The notes: generated by a model from the sequence alone, not told the origin. Counted from the first letter of the stretch, positions 32,256 to 46,989 are shown. The stretch: DNA of 64,000 nucleotides from Octopus vulgaris (GCA_951406725.2 OX597825.1:5890001-5954000); one strand, 5' to 3'. Numbers and translations: made by a program.

Positions 32256-32435
32256 TATATACATATATATATATACATATATATATACATATATATATAT
32301 ATATACATATATATATATGTATATATATGTATATATAAGGGGCGTGTCTGTGAGTGTACTGGTGTGTCTGGCGTACATTTCTATATTTTGCGTGAATCTC
32401 AATGTGTGCGTATCGATGTATGTATATGTGAGTGA

Positions 32436-32478
<43 letters not shown>

Positions 32479-32702
32479 ATACACACACACATATATACAT
32501 ACATTCATACATACATACGTTCATACATATATGCATGCGTGTATGTTTGTGTATATAGTCCACGTCTTTGTAGAGGGTGTCTGTGTGGTTCAAGGAGACG
32601 GGGGGAGGGCTGGGTGTTTATGGGTGTGTCCCTATCTGAAGGTTTTTCATGTGTGTTTATGTGTTTGTATGTGTGAGTGTATGTGTGTGTTGCCTCTGCG
32701 TT

Positions 32703-32738
<36 letters not shown>

Positions 32739-32908
32739 TCCGTTCCGCTAATATCTGGTTCTACTGATCCACTGACCCACATAACTTACTGGTGTAACTT
32801 TACTTGGCTGGTTTTTCTTTCTCTCTCTCTCTCTCTCTCTCTCTCCTTCTCTCTTTCTCTCTCTCTTTCCTTCTCTCTTTCTCTCTTTCTCTAAATTGGA
32901 ACAAACTG

Positions 32909-33204
32909 AGAAGGAGGAGGAGGAGGAGAAGAAGAAAAAGAAGAAGAAGAAGAAGAAGAAGGAGAAGAAGAAGAAAAAAGAAGAAGAAGAAAAAGAAGAA
33001 GGAGAAGGAGAAGAAGAAGAAAAAAGAAGAAGAAGAAGAAGAAGAAGAAGAAAGCAGGAAGATGACGAAAGAGGCAAAGAAAAAAGAAGAGGTGGATGGG
33101 AAGAGAAAAATGGAGAAGATGGAGAGTAAAGAAGAAGAAGAAGAAGAAGAAGAAGAAGAAGAAGAAGAAGAAGAAGAAGAAGAAGAAGAAGAAGAAGAAG
33201 AAGA
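32909..33204. repeat. (GAA)n polypurine tract preceded by (CT)n
   Basis: Directly visible. Confidence 0.9.
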
Positions 33205-34506
33205 ATTTACAATATATATATATATATATATTGTATAGTTTGTTTGTATATAGCAAGGGATTATCAATCCTGGCAAAATACTTTGTACACTCTCTGTTAG
33301 AACACCAGGCTAACAATAGCAAAGAACTCTGCATATTCTTGTGGGTCCGAGGCTAAAGTTCGTCACCATTCTTTACTGTAAATCTACAGCTGTGTTCCAG
33401 TTATACCGGGGTTTTTTTTACAAAGAGAGATATACAATAAAAAGTATAAATAATGGACATTACATATTTTTTGTTGTAGTACATTTGACTTACAGCCGTT
33501 TCCTGTGACCAGTATAGGTTCGTTATTGACTGGTTTATTCAGTTGTCCTATTGATCAGTTGAGAAAAATTGAACGACTTAGAGAATTAATGCTACTTTCG
33601 TCAAGCAGAATAGTGAAAGAATGAGACAGACTTGGAGGGGAGCGAAGACAGGCAATAAGTATAAGGTGAGTGGAAGAGATATAATGAGGAGAGAAGAAGG
33701 GAAGTCATGAGTCGGAAAAGAAGGATTAACGGGAAGAGAAGGAATGAAAAAGGAGAGAGGAAGGAAAAGAAAGAATAGAGGAAGATAGGCGTACGATAAA
33801 CTATGGCCGAAATCAAGGAGAAGAGAGGAATAAAAACTTTAGTTTATACACACTTATGCTTTTAAGGGTCATCATGCTCAGAACAGTAGCATTCACTTCA
33901 TATCAAATACTCTCCTAATTTGAATCTTTAGTATTCGATCATTCCTCCTGTCTCACATTTTGAATGAAGTATATTAGAAAGAATAAGTAATGAATGGAAT
34001 GAAAAGATCAGCAGCAATTATATTATGATTGGGAAGGTTCAGAGAGAGCTTCAGTAAGACTGGGCAGTAGATAAGAAGAAAAATATATTGTATGTATGAG
34101 TGTGTGTGTGTGTGTAACTATATATTTCGTTTCTCGTTGAGTTCTACGTCTAGTTGTGGTGTCCTGTACTCACGTATATATATTTATATATGCATGTATA
34201 TATACATGTAGATGTAGGTACGTACATATATGTTTGTATGTATGCATATATTTTATTTATTACACTATTGTTTGACAGCGCCCTCGCGTCGGTTCGATTC
34301 GATTCGTTCGCTTCGTTCCGTTCTTATTCTCCCAGTACTGTTATATATATATATATTTTTTTTTTCCGGCCCGACATCCGAAACTCGAAGTTTTATCATG
34401 GCTACCGAATAATTGTCACATATCATATTTGCAGATAAATTCCTCTATTTATATAATATCGAGGTCTCTTTCATTCTTTTGATGTCTTACCATTTCTATC
34501 AATATG

Positions 34507-34624
<118 letters not shown>

Positions 34625-35149
34625 CATGCACAGGTGTGTGGTAAGAAGCTTGCTTGCCAACCACATGTTTCTGGGTTCATTCACACTGTGTGGCACCTCA
34701 GGCTAGTGTCTTTTACTATAGCCTCGGGTCAACCAAACCCTTGTCAGTGAATTTGTTAGACGGAGTCTGACAGAAGCCCGTCGTATGTGTGTGTGTGCGT
34801 GTATTTCTGTGTTTGCGTGTTGTGTGTATATTCTCTTGCATGTGTGTCTGAATGAAAACGTATTTGGTTAAGATAATTATTTAGATTATTTAAATATTTT
34901 ATAAATAGATCAGTAAATGAAAAACTCAGACATCAACAAGCAACAAAAACACATTCCCTCCCCCCTTCCCTGCCTTTCCCCTTTCCCGACATGACCTTCA
35001 CAATGTCAGTGGGATTACCAACATTTTACAGTCTAATTCAGGAAAATTGGGTTAGATTTCGACAGTAAGTATGGCTTAAGCACGATAAATCTTTTAATCT
35101 GGTGAGTCACGACGACAGAAACTACGTCCCTTCTAGTAGTAGCAGCAGC

Positions 35150-35205
<56 letters not shown>

Positions 35206-35231
35206 CAGCAGCAGTAGCAGCAGCAGCGGCA

Positions 35232-35287
<56 letters not shown>

Positions 35288-35424
35288 TGCAGTAGTAGTA
35301 GTAGTCAACATTATTAGCTTGGTTGATTGACGGATTGACGGATGCAATCCTCCAATCAACTATAAAAACGACCTACCTACCCATTCAGTGGTATCTAAAT
35401 AAATAAATAAATGAATGGATTTTT

Positions 35425-35455
<31 letters not shown>

Positions 35456-36376
35456 TTGCATTACGAGGGGAATTTCAACAACTTCGTACGAGGATTGAAG
35501 CGATTGGTTTATTTTCTTTATTGAAAAATTCTTTAGGATTTCTTTACGTTGCTTGTCCAAACTACTGATAAAAATAGCGGGAGACTTACCTTTTAAAATG
35601 TGAACAAGACTTGTGACTGGCGATCCGTCATATCTCATTCACTTACTGGCGCATCATCGACATCACAACACTAATTACTCACAAATTCAGTTAGCCTGTG
35701 TATTGATCCATTGATACAAAATGACAGTGTATCTCGTCCGTGTTTGTCCGTCCCTCTGACGTGTAAATCTCCACCAGAAACTGCAAAACGCATTTAATGA
35801 AGTAGATGAAATTAAACAACTTGAGAATATTTGAAGGTGGGGAAGATGCAGTTGAATCTCGCTGTTTCTGGCTGCTCTTATTTAACTGAGCAACAATATG
35901 TACAATATATTTCGACATACAAGTCGAATTTTTCACATCAAAATTTGTAAAAAAAAAAAAAAAGGGTAGGTCGTCTTATACACCAACACGAATTTGGAGG
36001 AGTAAAATTCCATGTGAAATGTAATAGGATTTGGAAAGATTGTAACGATATTTGAATGCTTACAATACAAATTCACACATGTTTACACTGTATGTTTACA
36101 CTCATCGGTTTGTATGCCGGAAAATACGGTGTACAAGGTGGAGGGCATACATTGAAGGTGAGGCTAATGTTATGAATTTATGAAAGATAACAGAAATAAG
36201 ATGGTGTAAGATTACGCCAGAAAAGGTCTCAAAATGTAACATTGTGACCATACTCTGGGATACCTCAATACATGCATACACACGAGGAGATTGCAGTTAG
36301 TTAACCAAATATTTGATATGATGAATACCGTTAGAAGAAAATTCTTATTCGAAGTATCAGTTCCAACAGATGATAA

Positions 36377-36551
36377 TCTCTTATATAAAATCCGTTCTGT
36401 CTGTCTGTGTGTGTGTCTTCTCGGATCTCGGGCATCCTCCATCCGATTGCGCTCAAATTTGATATGTAGATACCAACGGTATCAGGGCGAGTATAAGTCT
36501 TGAAAAAATTACAAAAATCGATTCCAAGTGAGAATGCGATCGATAAAGCCG
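36377..36551 (+). mobile_element. Helitron-like 5' end fragment
   Basis: A|TCTCTTATATAAA...(CTGT)n...ccgatt...aaatttg layout parallels the start of 39822. Confidence 0.55.
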
Positions 36552-36939
36552 TTTTTGTCCTGCCTTTCTTCCGTCAACCTGTACATAACTGCACCTTCCA
36601 TTTTTTGTTGTTTTTGTACTGCTTAAAGGCACGTTTCTTTCCTGCCAAGCTTACTGTTTAAACCATGTTTGTGTTCTCCCAGTCAACAGCCTTATCATTA
36701 CTGGTACTTTAACCTCTTCGGTTGCATATTTGTGTGAGTAAAATCGTTTTCTTTGGAATAGAAAAAAGTCTATTTTTATTTCTTCTTTTGCTGGTGTCTC
36801 AAATTTAGGTTATCCTGATATCCCTATATGCAGAGAACCCTGGATTTACTTTTAGGTTTTTGTAAATCTCAGACACTTACATATGAAACAATCCGGACAT
36901 TTCACTTGATACTGGTCCCTTATTACTTCCTCTCCTGGG

Positions 36940-38070
36940 CTTTACATAGACAAGACTTTTCTTAAAACCCTTCCTATACAAAGATCTGCTGTCTTTTGCA
37001 TGTCCTGTAATGTTGCGTCAATGCCAATTTTATTTACTCATTCTCGAAACTGTCCGTTATCCAACCCAATGCTCCGATCACAACTGGTATCATTAACATC
37101 TTCATCCCCCAACAACTTCCCAACCTCTTCTTTCACTGGCTTATCCTTCTCCATCTTTTTATGCTCTTTATTTCTCACTCTGCTATCATCTGGGATAGAA
37201 ATATCGATAATTTGGGTCTCTTTTTCTTTCTCGTTGGTTACTACAATATTTGGCTTAAAAGCTTAAATTTGTCATTCTCTGACAGGCTTTCTGGTTTCTG
37301 CTGATATCATTTAGCTGCTTTGGCAAACCCAGATATCATCCAGTGAATATATCTGATAACATTATCATATCGTCTTTTGTACTTTCGCTGTGCCAACTTA
37401 CAAGATGACCTGCCGTTTCTCCTTTTTGTTTCACACATTTTAAATAATGGCGACACTTTCGTTTTGTCAACATGAAGTTTAACGTAGATCGGAAGGCTTG
37501 CTCCTGGACGCTACACACTAGGGCTTCCGTGCATCCTTTCAGGTCACCGTTTCTAAACCCCTACCAACTCTTATCCCAATTAGTGGCTACTTTATCTCTA
37601 CAGTACGACCCGTGTATAATTTTCTCCTTCCATTCCTTTCCAAGTTCTTGTACTCATTCGGTATTACTGAATCGGCTGATTTCAGTATGTCAAGGTCTCC
37701 TTTGACATGGTGTTACCCTTCACATTTTTTAAGGAAGCAAGCTAAGCCGTTTCCTTCGCTTTTGACAGTTTTCACAACTTATTAATCCTCTAACTCCTTT
37801 CTCCCTTCAAACATTAAGTCTTGTAACATCACACCTTGGATGGATTTCTTTACACTCTGCCATCAAATTCCTCATGTTCCTACTTCCTAATTCGCCTATC
37901 CCCTATTTAATAACTTCTGCTCTGTAGAACATGACAGACACGGCTCTTCAACTTATTTCTTCCATTCAATTTAGACGGCATTACAAACTCACCCTTCCAG
38001 ATTTTCCTTTTTGAATATCTTCATTTCTTTCTCTTTGATCTTGTCCATCTCAAAGACTCCCAAATACTTG
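36940..38070 (-). pseudogene. Old degenerate R4/Dong-type RLE retrotransposon 3' part
   Basis: Minus-strand fragments KYLGV, GETAGHLVS, IIDISIPDD, IPVVIGALG and MQKTA...RVLRKVL are collinear with the ORF at 5907-7297. Confidence 0.8.
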
Positions 38071-38310
38071 TTTGCTTTATCTCCCACTCTTTTAATGATT
38101 AACCATTTGCAAGTTCAACCCAACTACTCTTTCCAATATGCAAAGAACCCTGGACTGACCACAGCATCGAATATATCCATTTCTAAGAAAATACAGAGGG
38201 AGAGCTCGAATCAGCGTCGCAATAGTAATTCCCCGAGAACTCGCCACCCACCTACAGTTCAAAGTTCGCTAAATATGTTATGTGATGTGATACGTGTGTG
38301 TGTATATATA

Positions 38311-38664
38311 TTCTCTTTTACTCTTTTACTTGTTTCAGTCATTTGACTGCGGACATGCTGGAGCACCGCCTTTAGTCGAAGCCTAGTACTTATTCTGCCG
38401 TTCTCTTGGGTCGAACCGCTAAGTTACGGGGACGTAAACAGACCAACATCAGTGTCAAGCGATGGTGGCGGGACAAACACAGACACACAAACACATACAT
38501 ACATATATATATGACGGGCTTCTTTCAGTTTCTGTCTACCAAATCCACTCACAAGGCTTTGGTCGGCCCGAGGCTATAGTAGAAGACACTTGCCCAAGGT
38601 GCCACGCACTAGGACTGAACCCGGAACCATGTGGATGGAAAGCAAACTTTTTACCACATAGCCA

Positions 38665-38668
<4 letters not shown>
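38311..38668 (-). mobile_element. SINE family A, near full length
   Basis: Matches the reverse complement of 54579-55024. Confidence 0.88.
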
Positions 38669-38739
<71 letters not shown>

Positions 38740-38904
38740 CCTAAAATTTATTAATTAATAATATTTTGGCTAATTTTGAAATTAAATCGGCAGTTTATAT
38801 TTACTGCTGAGAAAACCGCGCGAGCGTGGTGGATTTTGAAAATTTATAGCATATAGACTCGAGGCATGTTTATCATCGCCTCTTGGATATATTATAGTCC
38901 TTGG

Positions 38905-38990
38905 CTTTTCTGCTGATGAGTGCAACGCCAGTGGTAAATAAATTAATTTATGTACAAAAGATTGCCGAAACTATGCATAGTCCAGAAAGG
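38905..38990 (+). ncRNA. Type I hammerhead ribozyme motif (best-formed copy)
   Basis: Stem I CUUUUCUG/CAGAAAGG; CUGAUGA 38913-38919; stem II G-UGCAA/UUGC-C; GAAA 38967-38970; 12-nt palindrome ACUAUGCAUAGU; GUC triplet. Confidence 0.88.
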
Positions 38991-39106
38991 AGAGGGTAAA
39001 CGTTTTTATTTCTCTTTCCATTTCAGAATTACAACTATTAGTGGTTTGGAGTTTGGCTGCTCTTTCTAGTGAGTCGGATGTCCTATTATGGCCATCCCTT
39101 ATATGC

Positions 39107-39151
<45 letters not shown>

Positions 39152-39259
39152 TTAACAAATCTACACCTGGTAGTTTACCGGTAAAGTATGTTCACTTTCT
39201 CAGTATTCCTTGGGATTAATGAGAAAGACGGAAGATAGTAGATTCTTTAAAGTTTATTG

Positions 39260-39366
39260 ATCACTGCAACTGTTTCCACCCATCTAGCATCGATCCCTCA
39301 CGGGTGAGATACTGAACATCTGGTTAAGGTGTAATCTGTCGGCGTAGATGTGTCTCCTCGGGTGAT
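39260..39366 (-). ncRNA. Degenerate hammerhead motif (CCGAGGA core, cleavage triplet mutated)
   Basis: Reverse complement: AUCAC-CCGAGGA-...CAUCUA/UAGAUG...-GAAACAGUUGCA-GUGAU. Confidence 0.5.
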
Positions 39367-39821
39367 TACAAGATGTATCTCGTTAAAATAACGTCTGTTG
39401 CGCAAGATTTCTTCTCGGTATTTGTTCACAAAGGCAGCATATTAAGGGATACCGCTTCATTATTGTAGAAGATCAATAATTCATTTTATCAGATGCAAAG
39501 AGAAGCAAGTGCACAATGCAGCGAAAAAAGTATTAGATGTAACCGTTTGTAGATATTGATGTACAAATGCCCTCGCCTACGCTATCTGGCGCACGTACAC
39601 TCGCTCGTACAAATTTACACGAAGATATAAGCATACGCACTGCTTGGTTTGGTGCACGTACGCTCACACAGCGAATTAAAAAAGATATTAATGTAGTCAG
39701 TGCCTAAAAGTGGCTGGTGATATGACTTCACTTGGTGAAGAGTAACAAAGTCTGTAGAGAGGTTCACGAGATCTGGCCAATATACTTTTAGCTCTTGCAG
39801 AGTCGTGAATATGTGCGTAAA

Positions 39822-40260
39822 TCTCTCTTTATATAAACGGCAGTTTGTCTGTCTGTGTGTCTGTGTGTCTGTCAGGTTGTACCCTCACCCTGACCACGGT
39901 TTTCAACCGATTCTGATTAAACTTGACACACACATAGCCCAATGTCATAATTCAAAACTAACGCAGCGAAAATTTTGAAAAGTTGCCCCAGTTCTGAAAA
40001 AATTCGATAAATTCGACATGGGGTCGAGAATCTAAGCTTTTTATATGCAACACATTTTCTGTCTAGGGGACACAACTCGACCTTTTTATCGCCCAAAGGG
40101 ACAGCTAGGAACATCATATACACAGAAGTATTCGAGTGAAGAGAAGACATTGCAACCTACACATGCGCCTTCGTTCCCTAGAGGGAAAGGACTAGATTGG
40201 GATTAGTCGTTGCCTACTAGGGGCTCTTACATACCGGGCAACGCCGGGCTATGCTGCTAG
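39822..40260 (+). mobile_element. Non-autonomous Helitron, complete
   Basis: 5' TC, subterminal GC hairpin ccgggcaacgccgg, 3' CTAG. Inserted between A and T with no TSD. Confidence 0.85.
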
Positions 40261-41021
40261 TACAGAAATAATAGACGTGAATTTTGTGTATGAACGGCAA
40301 ATGAAATAACCGATAGTCTATAGAAATTATCAATGCCAGTGTTAGGATCACCAGAGTAGATAAGCGTAATTTTGTTTACGTTTTCATCTCACGGTGAGCG
40401 CGACTTATAGAAAGGATGAAGCTAAAATTTATCTCATTAATCGGTATACAATAGCCAAGGGATATCAGGGTGATATTGGTAACTATTGTGGCATTGTGTT
40501 TATAAGAATGGGGAGGCTGGGGTTAATTCATGCATACATTTAGGTAAATTGTGATTATTAAATTGGTTAACGATTACTCAAATTCATTCCCACTGCTTTA
40601 TGCGAAAGTACATTCATAAGCATGCAAGCGTCAGAAATCTTATTAACGACCTCATAGTCCACAAAATAGACAACAATTCCTCGGAGCAGAGTCTGCATCT
40701 CCTGGAAAAGATATTGTACGGCTCTGTGTGTGTGTGTTTCATTATGGACCAAGTTAGATTATACTAAATCTTATTCTAATATTTGCCGTTTTGTGTGTGA
40801 GTGTGTGAGTGTGTGAGGCTATCAGATGAGTGTGTGAGGCTATCAGATGTGTGTGTGTGTATGTGTGTGTGCAAGTGCTTGTGTGTAGCAGCGTTTGCAC
40901 ATGAGTGCGCATGTGTGTGTGGTATGGGTGCTAAGTATAACGGTGTAGTAAAGTTTTGTGGGAGTAGAGGAGGAGACAGTGGAAGGTGGGAAGTGGATGG
41001 TGTGTGTAAATGTGTGTGAAG

Positions 41022-41363
41022 GTGGGTTTAGATGAAGAGGGGTGACGAATTGAGACTATGAAGAACAGAGGAATGAAGAGAAGAAATAAATTCCTGCTCT
41101 CGGCGGAGGCAGGAATCCGTCTGGCCTCTGTACAAGGCCAGTCCGAACACAGACAAATGCTGTAACGCATAACCGGTCGAACGGAAGTAGCACGAATCTG
41201 ATGTTCCGGAGAAGTTCAGCAAAGCAGTCGGCTAATCGCCAGACGGAGGAAGGTAGAGATGTCGGGTTGAGAATCGGGACGAAGATCGAGTAAGTATTTT
41301 AATGCAAAGAGGCCTTCATTGTGAAGGGTAACACTATATAAAGATTTTATGACAAGGATGAAC
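41022..41363 (-). mobile_element. PLE 3' non-coding region, copy 1
   Basis: Diverged direct repeat of 42673-43037. Confidence 0.75.
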
Positions 41364-41373
41364 AGGAATATGC

Positions 41374-41450
<77 letters not shown>

Positions 41451-41506
41451 TGTCTGCCTGTTCTTGTGTGCTTGTGTGTGTGCGTATATTTGTATGTATA
41501 TGTAAC

Positions 41507-41691
41507 CGAGGGGTGCTGAAAAGTTCCTGAAAGCCTGGTCGGAGGCCCAACTTTCCGAGGTTTTTTACAGGGCTTAGAAAAAAACTGAAAAATCACTACA
41601 ATAAGTGTGTGAATCTGAGAGGGGAATATGTTGAATAAAATCATAATTAACTGATCCTACCCAAAGCCAGGAACTTTTCAGCACGCTCTCG
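41507..41691. mobile_element. mariner-type MITE
   Basis: TIRs cgaggggtgctgaaaagttcctg / caggaacttttcagcacgctctcg-TA. Confidence 0.85.
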
Positions 41692-42254
41692 TATATATAT
41701 ATATATAAGTGTAAATGTGCGTTTGTATGCATGTGTCTGTATGTGTGCGTATGTATGCGTATCAAGCAATTTGCATAAATCACACAACATGGAAATTACA
41801 TGGAAATTGGAACACATTATGTAATGCCACTGACAACTTGCATGCAACCAATAGATTCGGTCGTTCACCTTCGAAAAGCACATTGCATACGTACATAACT
41901 CTCTCCCTCTCCCTACCCCTCTCTCTCTCTCTCTCTCCCCTTCACCCTGCTCATACATACGCGGGTGCACAGATGTATGCTAATGCACACGAGCATTAAA
42001 ATATATACTTCAGTTACAGCTGTAATAACAATTCTAAAATGTTGTGTCTGCTTCCATAATACACTTGTTTAGTGACAGATCCAACTCGAAAACTAAACAG
42101 ATGTTTCCACTGTATAAGGTCAAAGGTTAAATTTGTTATGACCCTGCCAGCTTTACCTGTCATTTCAATCAAAATTACTGTGGCTTGTTGTTACTGGAGA
42201 GAGGGCATCTACCTTCAGCTGAGGGTATACACACACACACACACATACACAATT

Positions 42255-42331
<77 letters not shown>

Positions 42332-42348
42332 CAGATAGATAGACAGAC

Positions 42349-42406
<58 letters not shown>

Positions 42407-42448
42407 GGAAAGATAGATAGATAGATATATAGATATAGATATATAGAC

Positions 42449-42503
<55 letters not shown>

Positions 42504-42504
42504 C

Positions 42505-42672
<168 letters not shown>

Positions 42673-43240
42673 GTGGGTTTAGATGAAGAGGGGTGACGAA
42701 TTGAGACCGTGAAGAATCTGAGGAATAAAGAAAAAAATCAATTGCTGCTCTCGACGGAAGCAGGAATCCGTCTGGCCTCTGTTACAAGGCCAGTCTGAAC
42801 ACAGACAAATGTTGTAACGCATGACCGGTCAAAAGAAAGTGGCACGAGACCGGGGTATCATTGCTGAATCTGATGTTCCGGAGAAGTTCGGCAAACCGGT
42901 CGGCTAATCACCAAACGGAGGAAGGTAGAGATGTCGGGTTGAGGAACAGGACGAAGATCGAGTAAGTGTTTTAACGCAAAGAGACCTTCATTGTGAAGGA
43001 TAACAGTGCGTAAGGGTTTTATGTCGAGGATGTGAACCTTTTATCCTGTGGGTTCCAATAGGGCAGCAAGAATTTCCTGAAATGCAAGTACGGCCCGAAT
43101 ACCTCCGTTCTGGAGTTAATGATATTCCCCAGGTCGAGGGAGTTCTTTAGAATCCTCGCCCGTTCCGTTATGCATAGTTTACAGCGTTTGGTCCCGTTTA
43201 TATAGGGGCCTGGGTTTTCTAGGATTCTCCAAGCAAATTG
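42673..43240 (-). mobile_element. Penelope-like element 3' end (GIY-YIG C-terminus plus 3' region)
   Basis: WRILENPGPYINGTKRCKLCITERARI...INSRTEV...HFRKFLL matches the PLE endonuclease end W.I...Y...KRC.LC..E...LN.R.E...H..KFLL. Confidence 0.8.
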
Positions 43241-43252
43241 TGTATGGATACG

Positions 43253-43349
<97 letters not shown>

Positions 43350-43544
43350 GACAAGATATGCCAAAGGTAAGCAGAGTTACAGCCGTAAGAACTGTTGTCA
43401 TAGAAATGTTATGTCATGTTTTGTATTAAAAAGTAATCTACAGATGTGGTCCAATTTGTTTGGTCTTTGATCAAAAGTTTTCTCATTTTCTGATTCTCCC
43501 CCTTCTTCCTAGCTCTCCTATCTGACCCCTCTGTCCGTCATTCG

Positions 43545-43731
43545 CCATGATAAATCGCTAGCCACTAAACCTTTTCTATTTTCTCTCTCTGTTTATTTCT
43601 GTCTTCCTTTCTGTCGAAGAGCGTAGGCTCTAAACGTAAAAGACTTTCTTACTTCCCGAGCGTTACACTATTACGTCTGTTTGACGTTTACACGCCCGTC
43701 TTCGTCTTCTGTGCTTTTGTAAATTCTCACT
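43545..43731 (+). mobile_element. Family H copy 4, variant HHR 43607-43642 (CUGUCGA; GAAA>UAAA)
   Basis: Homology to the other family H copies. Confidence 0.78.
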
Positions 43732-44066
43732 ATATATATATATACAAAATGGAACAAGAACGCAAAAAAACAGACAGTTAGGTGACACAAAAAAGGGAGA
43801 ACAAAACATCCAGCTAGACGATACAAAGAAAACAAGGACTGGTTATTCGGAGTTTTCTTTCCTCAGTCGAGTTCCAGATTATCTTTGCAATTTCGGCTGG
43901 TTATACTCGATATTGTTCCAATCTGGCCATATATATACATAAACATACATACAAGATATATGTATAAACAAATATATGTAAATATATGTTAGCCAGTCTA
44001 TTTTAATCTATAGCGACAAAGTTATCGATATATATATATATATACATACATACATACACACATACA

Positions 44067-44099
<33 letters not shown>

Positions 44100-45658
44100 G
44101 CATGTATGTGTGTATCTAAATATACATATGCGTATATAAGTATATATAGATACACACACACACATGCACGCATACAAACACACATACACACACAAAGCAA
44201 GAATTCTAATATATTTGAAAGGAGACTAACAAACACATTGCATGTGAGCTAGGGGCTGTTTATAAAATAAATATTGAGATTTAATATGTATTTTGGGGTC
44301 TGTTGAGAAGTGGATGGCTTTTAGATAGGCTTTTGTGTCGTGGTTTATTTTTACTTGCAGAACCACTGCCAGAAACAAGGAGACATGCGCAGATATTGCT
44401 GTTGTGTATGATACGATTTAATACAACATGGTATTTTTCGTGCAGGAAACGATTCCGTAATAACATTTTTGAAATAGCATTTGTTTTTTCATCTTTAAGG
44501 TATATTCAAAACTTCGTCTTTATCCACGTAAGGAAGAAAAAAAGCAGCTTATTTCACACTCGTTCACATTGAAACTTAAGTTGGAATGTCAGTATTAAAC
44601 AAGCGACAGATGGACATAAAGAATTCTAAGCATAGCAGAGACAAATTACTGCCTAATAAATTAGTTTTGTTTAGTACACGTATGTATATGATAGACTTTT
44701 ATCCTATTTCCGTTTCCTTTCGGATTTTTGTTTTGTTTTTGTTGTTTTGAGATGTGTTGTGAAGTTACATTAGTTCCACAAAAAAGAAATATGAAATTTT
44801 CTATCAGTAAATTTAATTGGCCAAATACATTTCATTCGAATAAAGCATTCAAGTTCCTAAACATTCAAATCTATAAAACTGACAGTAAAATGAAAAGATA
44901 CATTTTTAAAAAATTCCAACTGTCTTGTTTCGGTGTATCGACGCTTGCTACGGCAGCGAATTGGCAGAAACGTTACCGCACCGGACAAAATGCTTAGCAG
45001 CATTTCGTCCGTCCTTACGTTCTGAGTTCAAATTCCGCGGAGGGTGATTTTGTCTTTCATCCTTTCGGGGCCGATAAAAAAGTGCCAGTTCAGTACTAGG
45101 GTCGATATAATCAACTATCCTCCACCCCCAAATTAGAGGCCTTGCGCCTATAATAGAAAGGATTATTATTATGATTATTATTAGGGCGGTGAGCTGGTAG
45201 AATCGTTAGCAGACACGTGTCCAAGACGCTACACAGTGTGACTGAACCCGGAACCATGTGGTTTGGAAGCAAGCTTCCTACCACACAGTCACTCCTACGC
45301 TTGTAGACGGCGTTTCTAACAAATTTGTAAAACGTAGAATGTTCCGTTCCTTCACCGAACGCGTCTTACACATGAGGGTCGTGGAAAAATATACGTAAAA
45401 ATTGTCAGTAGAATTCTATAGAATGAAATTTATAAATATTTTAACGATTTATATGAACGCGGGTTATAAATTCCAACCATGGATTATTATTAGTACTACT
45501 ACATTTGTCCTACGTTATATCAGCACAGCTCGGTACGATCCCATAAAACTGTGGTTGCAGGCTGGAATCACGAGCCCATAGCCGAAATAATAAAACAGAA
45601 TCTTTTATATGCCTACTCAAAAAACGTTCCCCGTAAACGAACTTAAAGGGTACGTGTG

Positions 45659-45811
45659 AGAGGGCGCACACTCTCCTACCCTGATGTAATCTCCAGGGAT
45701 ACAGGCATCCAGCAACAGGACCTCCGTAATGCCATGATGGACCGTGAAGTCTGGCGTAGCATGGTAAATTCCCTTGTCTCGACCACGGTCGAACAATGAT
45801 GAATGATGATG

Positions 45812-45813
<2 letters not shown>
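45659..45813 (+). mobile_element. RTE-type LINE 3' end
   Basis: RGRTLSYPDVISRDTG...DLRNAMMDREVWRSMV* followed by a (TGA)n tail. Confidence 0.75.
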
Positions 45814-45865
<52 letters not shown>

Positions 45866-46496
45866 ATGCGTGTTGGCGATAGAGTATTCTACTGTTGAAT
45901 AAAACGTGAAATGTTTATGTCCGTAATAGAAAATGTTTTCGAGGTCTCCGTAGATGAACTGAATGTAGATTCATTGTGAGATATTGACATTGCGTTTGGA
46001 TGGTGATTGTATCCAGGAGGAAATAGCGGAGTGAAGGGCGACATCATGAATGCACATTGGTGAATGTGACGGCAAGTATAATAATAAAAACACGAAGCGT
46101 GTACAAAACAGAAACAAGCCCCATAGAGAGAAGGTTAAAGAGAACTCTATTAGCATATGCTGCGATGGTGCGATATGCGAGGTCAATTCCTAACCAAGAG
46201 ATAAAAGATAGATGGTGCCAAGAGGTGAGTCAGCTTAACTAAGAGATTCGCAAGCTATCACGACCCAATGTCAAGCTTTGTTGATGTCAAGTTCAACGAC
46301 ATTGTTTTCCTCAAATATTTCAAGAGCAAGGACCCACTGGTCAGTGATATACGAAAGCAGAAAGGCGGCCAGCTGGCAGAATCGTTAGCACGCCGGGCGA
46401 AATGCTTTGCGGTATTTCGTTTGTCTTTACGTTCTGAGTTCAAATTCTGCCGAGGTCAACTTTGCCTTTCATTCTTCTGGAGTCGATAAATTAAGT

Positions 46497-46641
46497 ACAT
46501 ATAACACATTCTTTACATATAACATATAAGATATAAGATATAAAATATAGTAATATATAAAGATACCAGTAATTATTATCCTTATATATTACTATATTTT
46601 ATATTTTTATATCTTATATGTAAAGAATAATATGTTATATG
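46497..46641. repeat. AT-rich ~145-bp imperfect palindrome
   Basis: acatataac...aaaatatagtaatatataa vs ttatatattactatatttt...gttatatgt. Confidence 0.8.
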
Positions 46642-46989
46642 TATGTATATTATTGTAATTATCAGTTTAGTAAATAAATAAGTTAACATAATATAATGTC
46701 TAAAAGTTGATGAACCACTTCTTGATCCCTTCCATGTTCTTATTGCTCCATAAATTAATGGTAAAATATCTCTTTATCTTCACCCGTTTAGTACACTAGG
46801 AAATATAATTGCAATGCAATATAAAACACTTGTGTATTAATAATTGGGTATTCTAACAGCAGTATATTGGATAGATATCATGCCTTAGTGAGTTGGATTC
46901 AGTTGAATTAGGTACTTAATTTGAAGTACCAAATCAGTCCGGTATTATCCGCACAGCTCGAAGTAAGGTGAATAAAATCAAAATAAGCA

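Noticed and set aside
32804-33238. Lys/Glu/Arg-rich ORF
   Set aside because: Artefact of the (GAA)n tract.
42090-42225. Minus-strand CUGAAGG...GAAACAUCUGUU
   Set aside because: Core is mutated and stem I does not pair.
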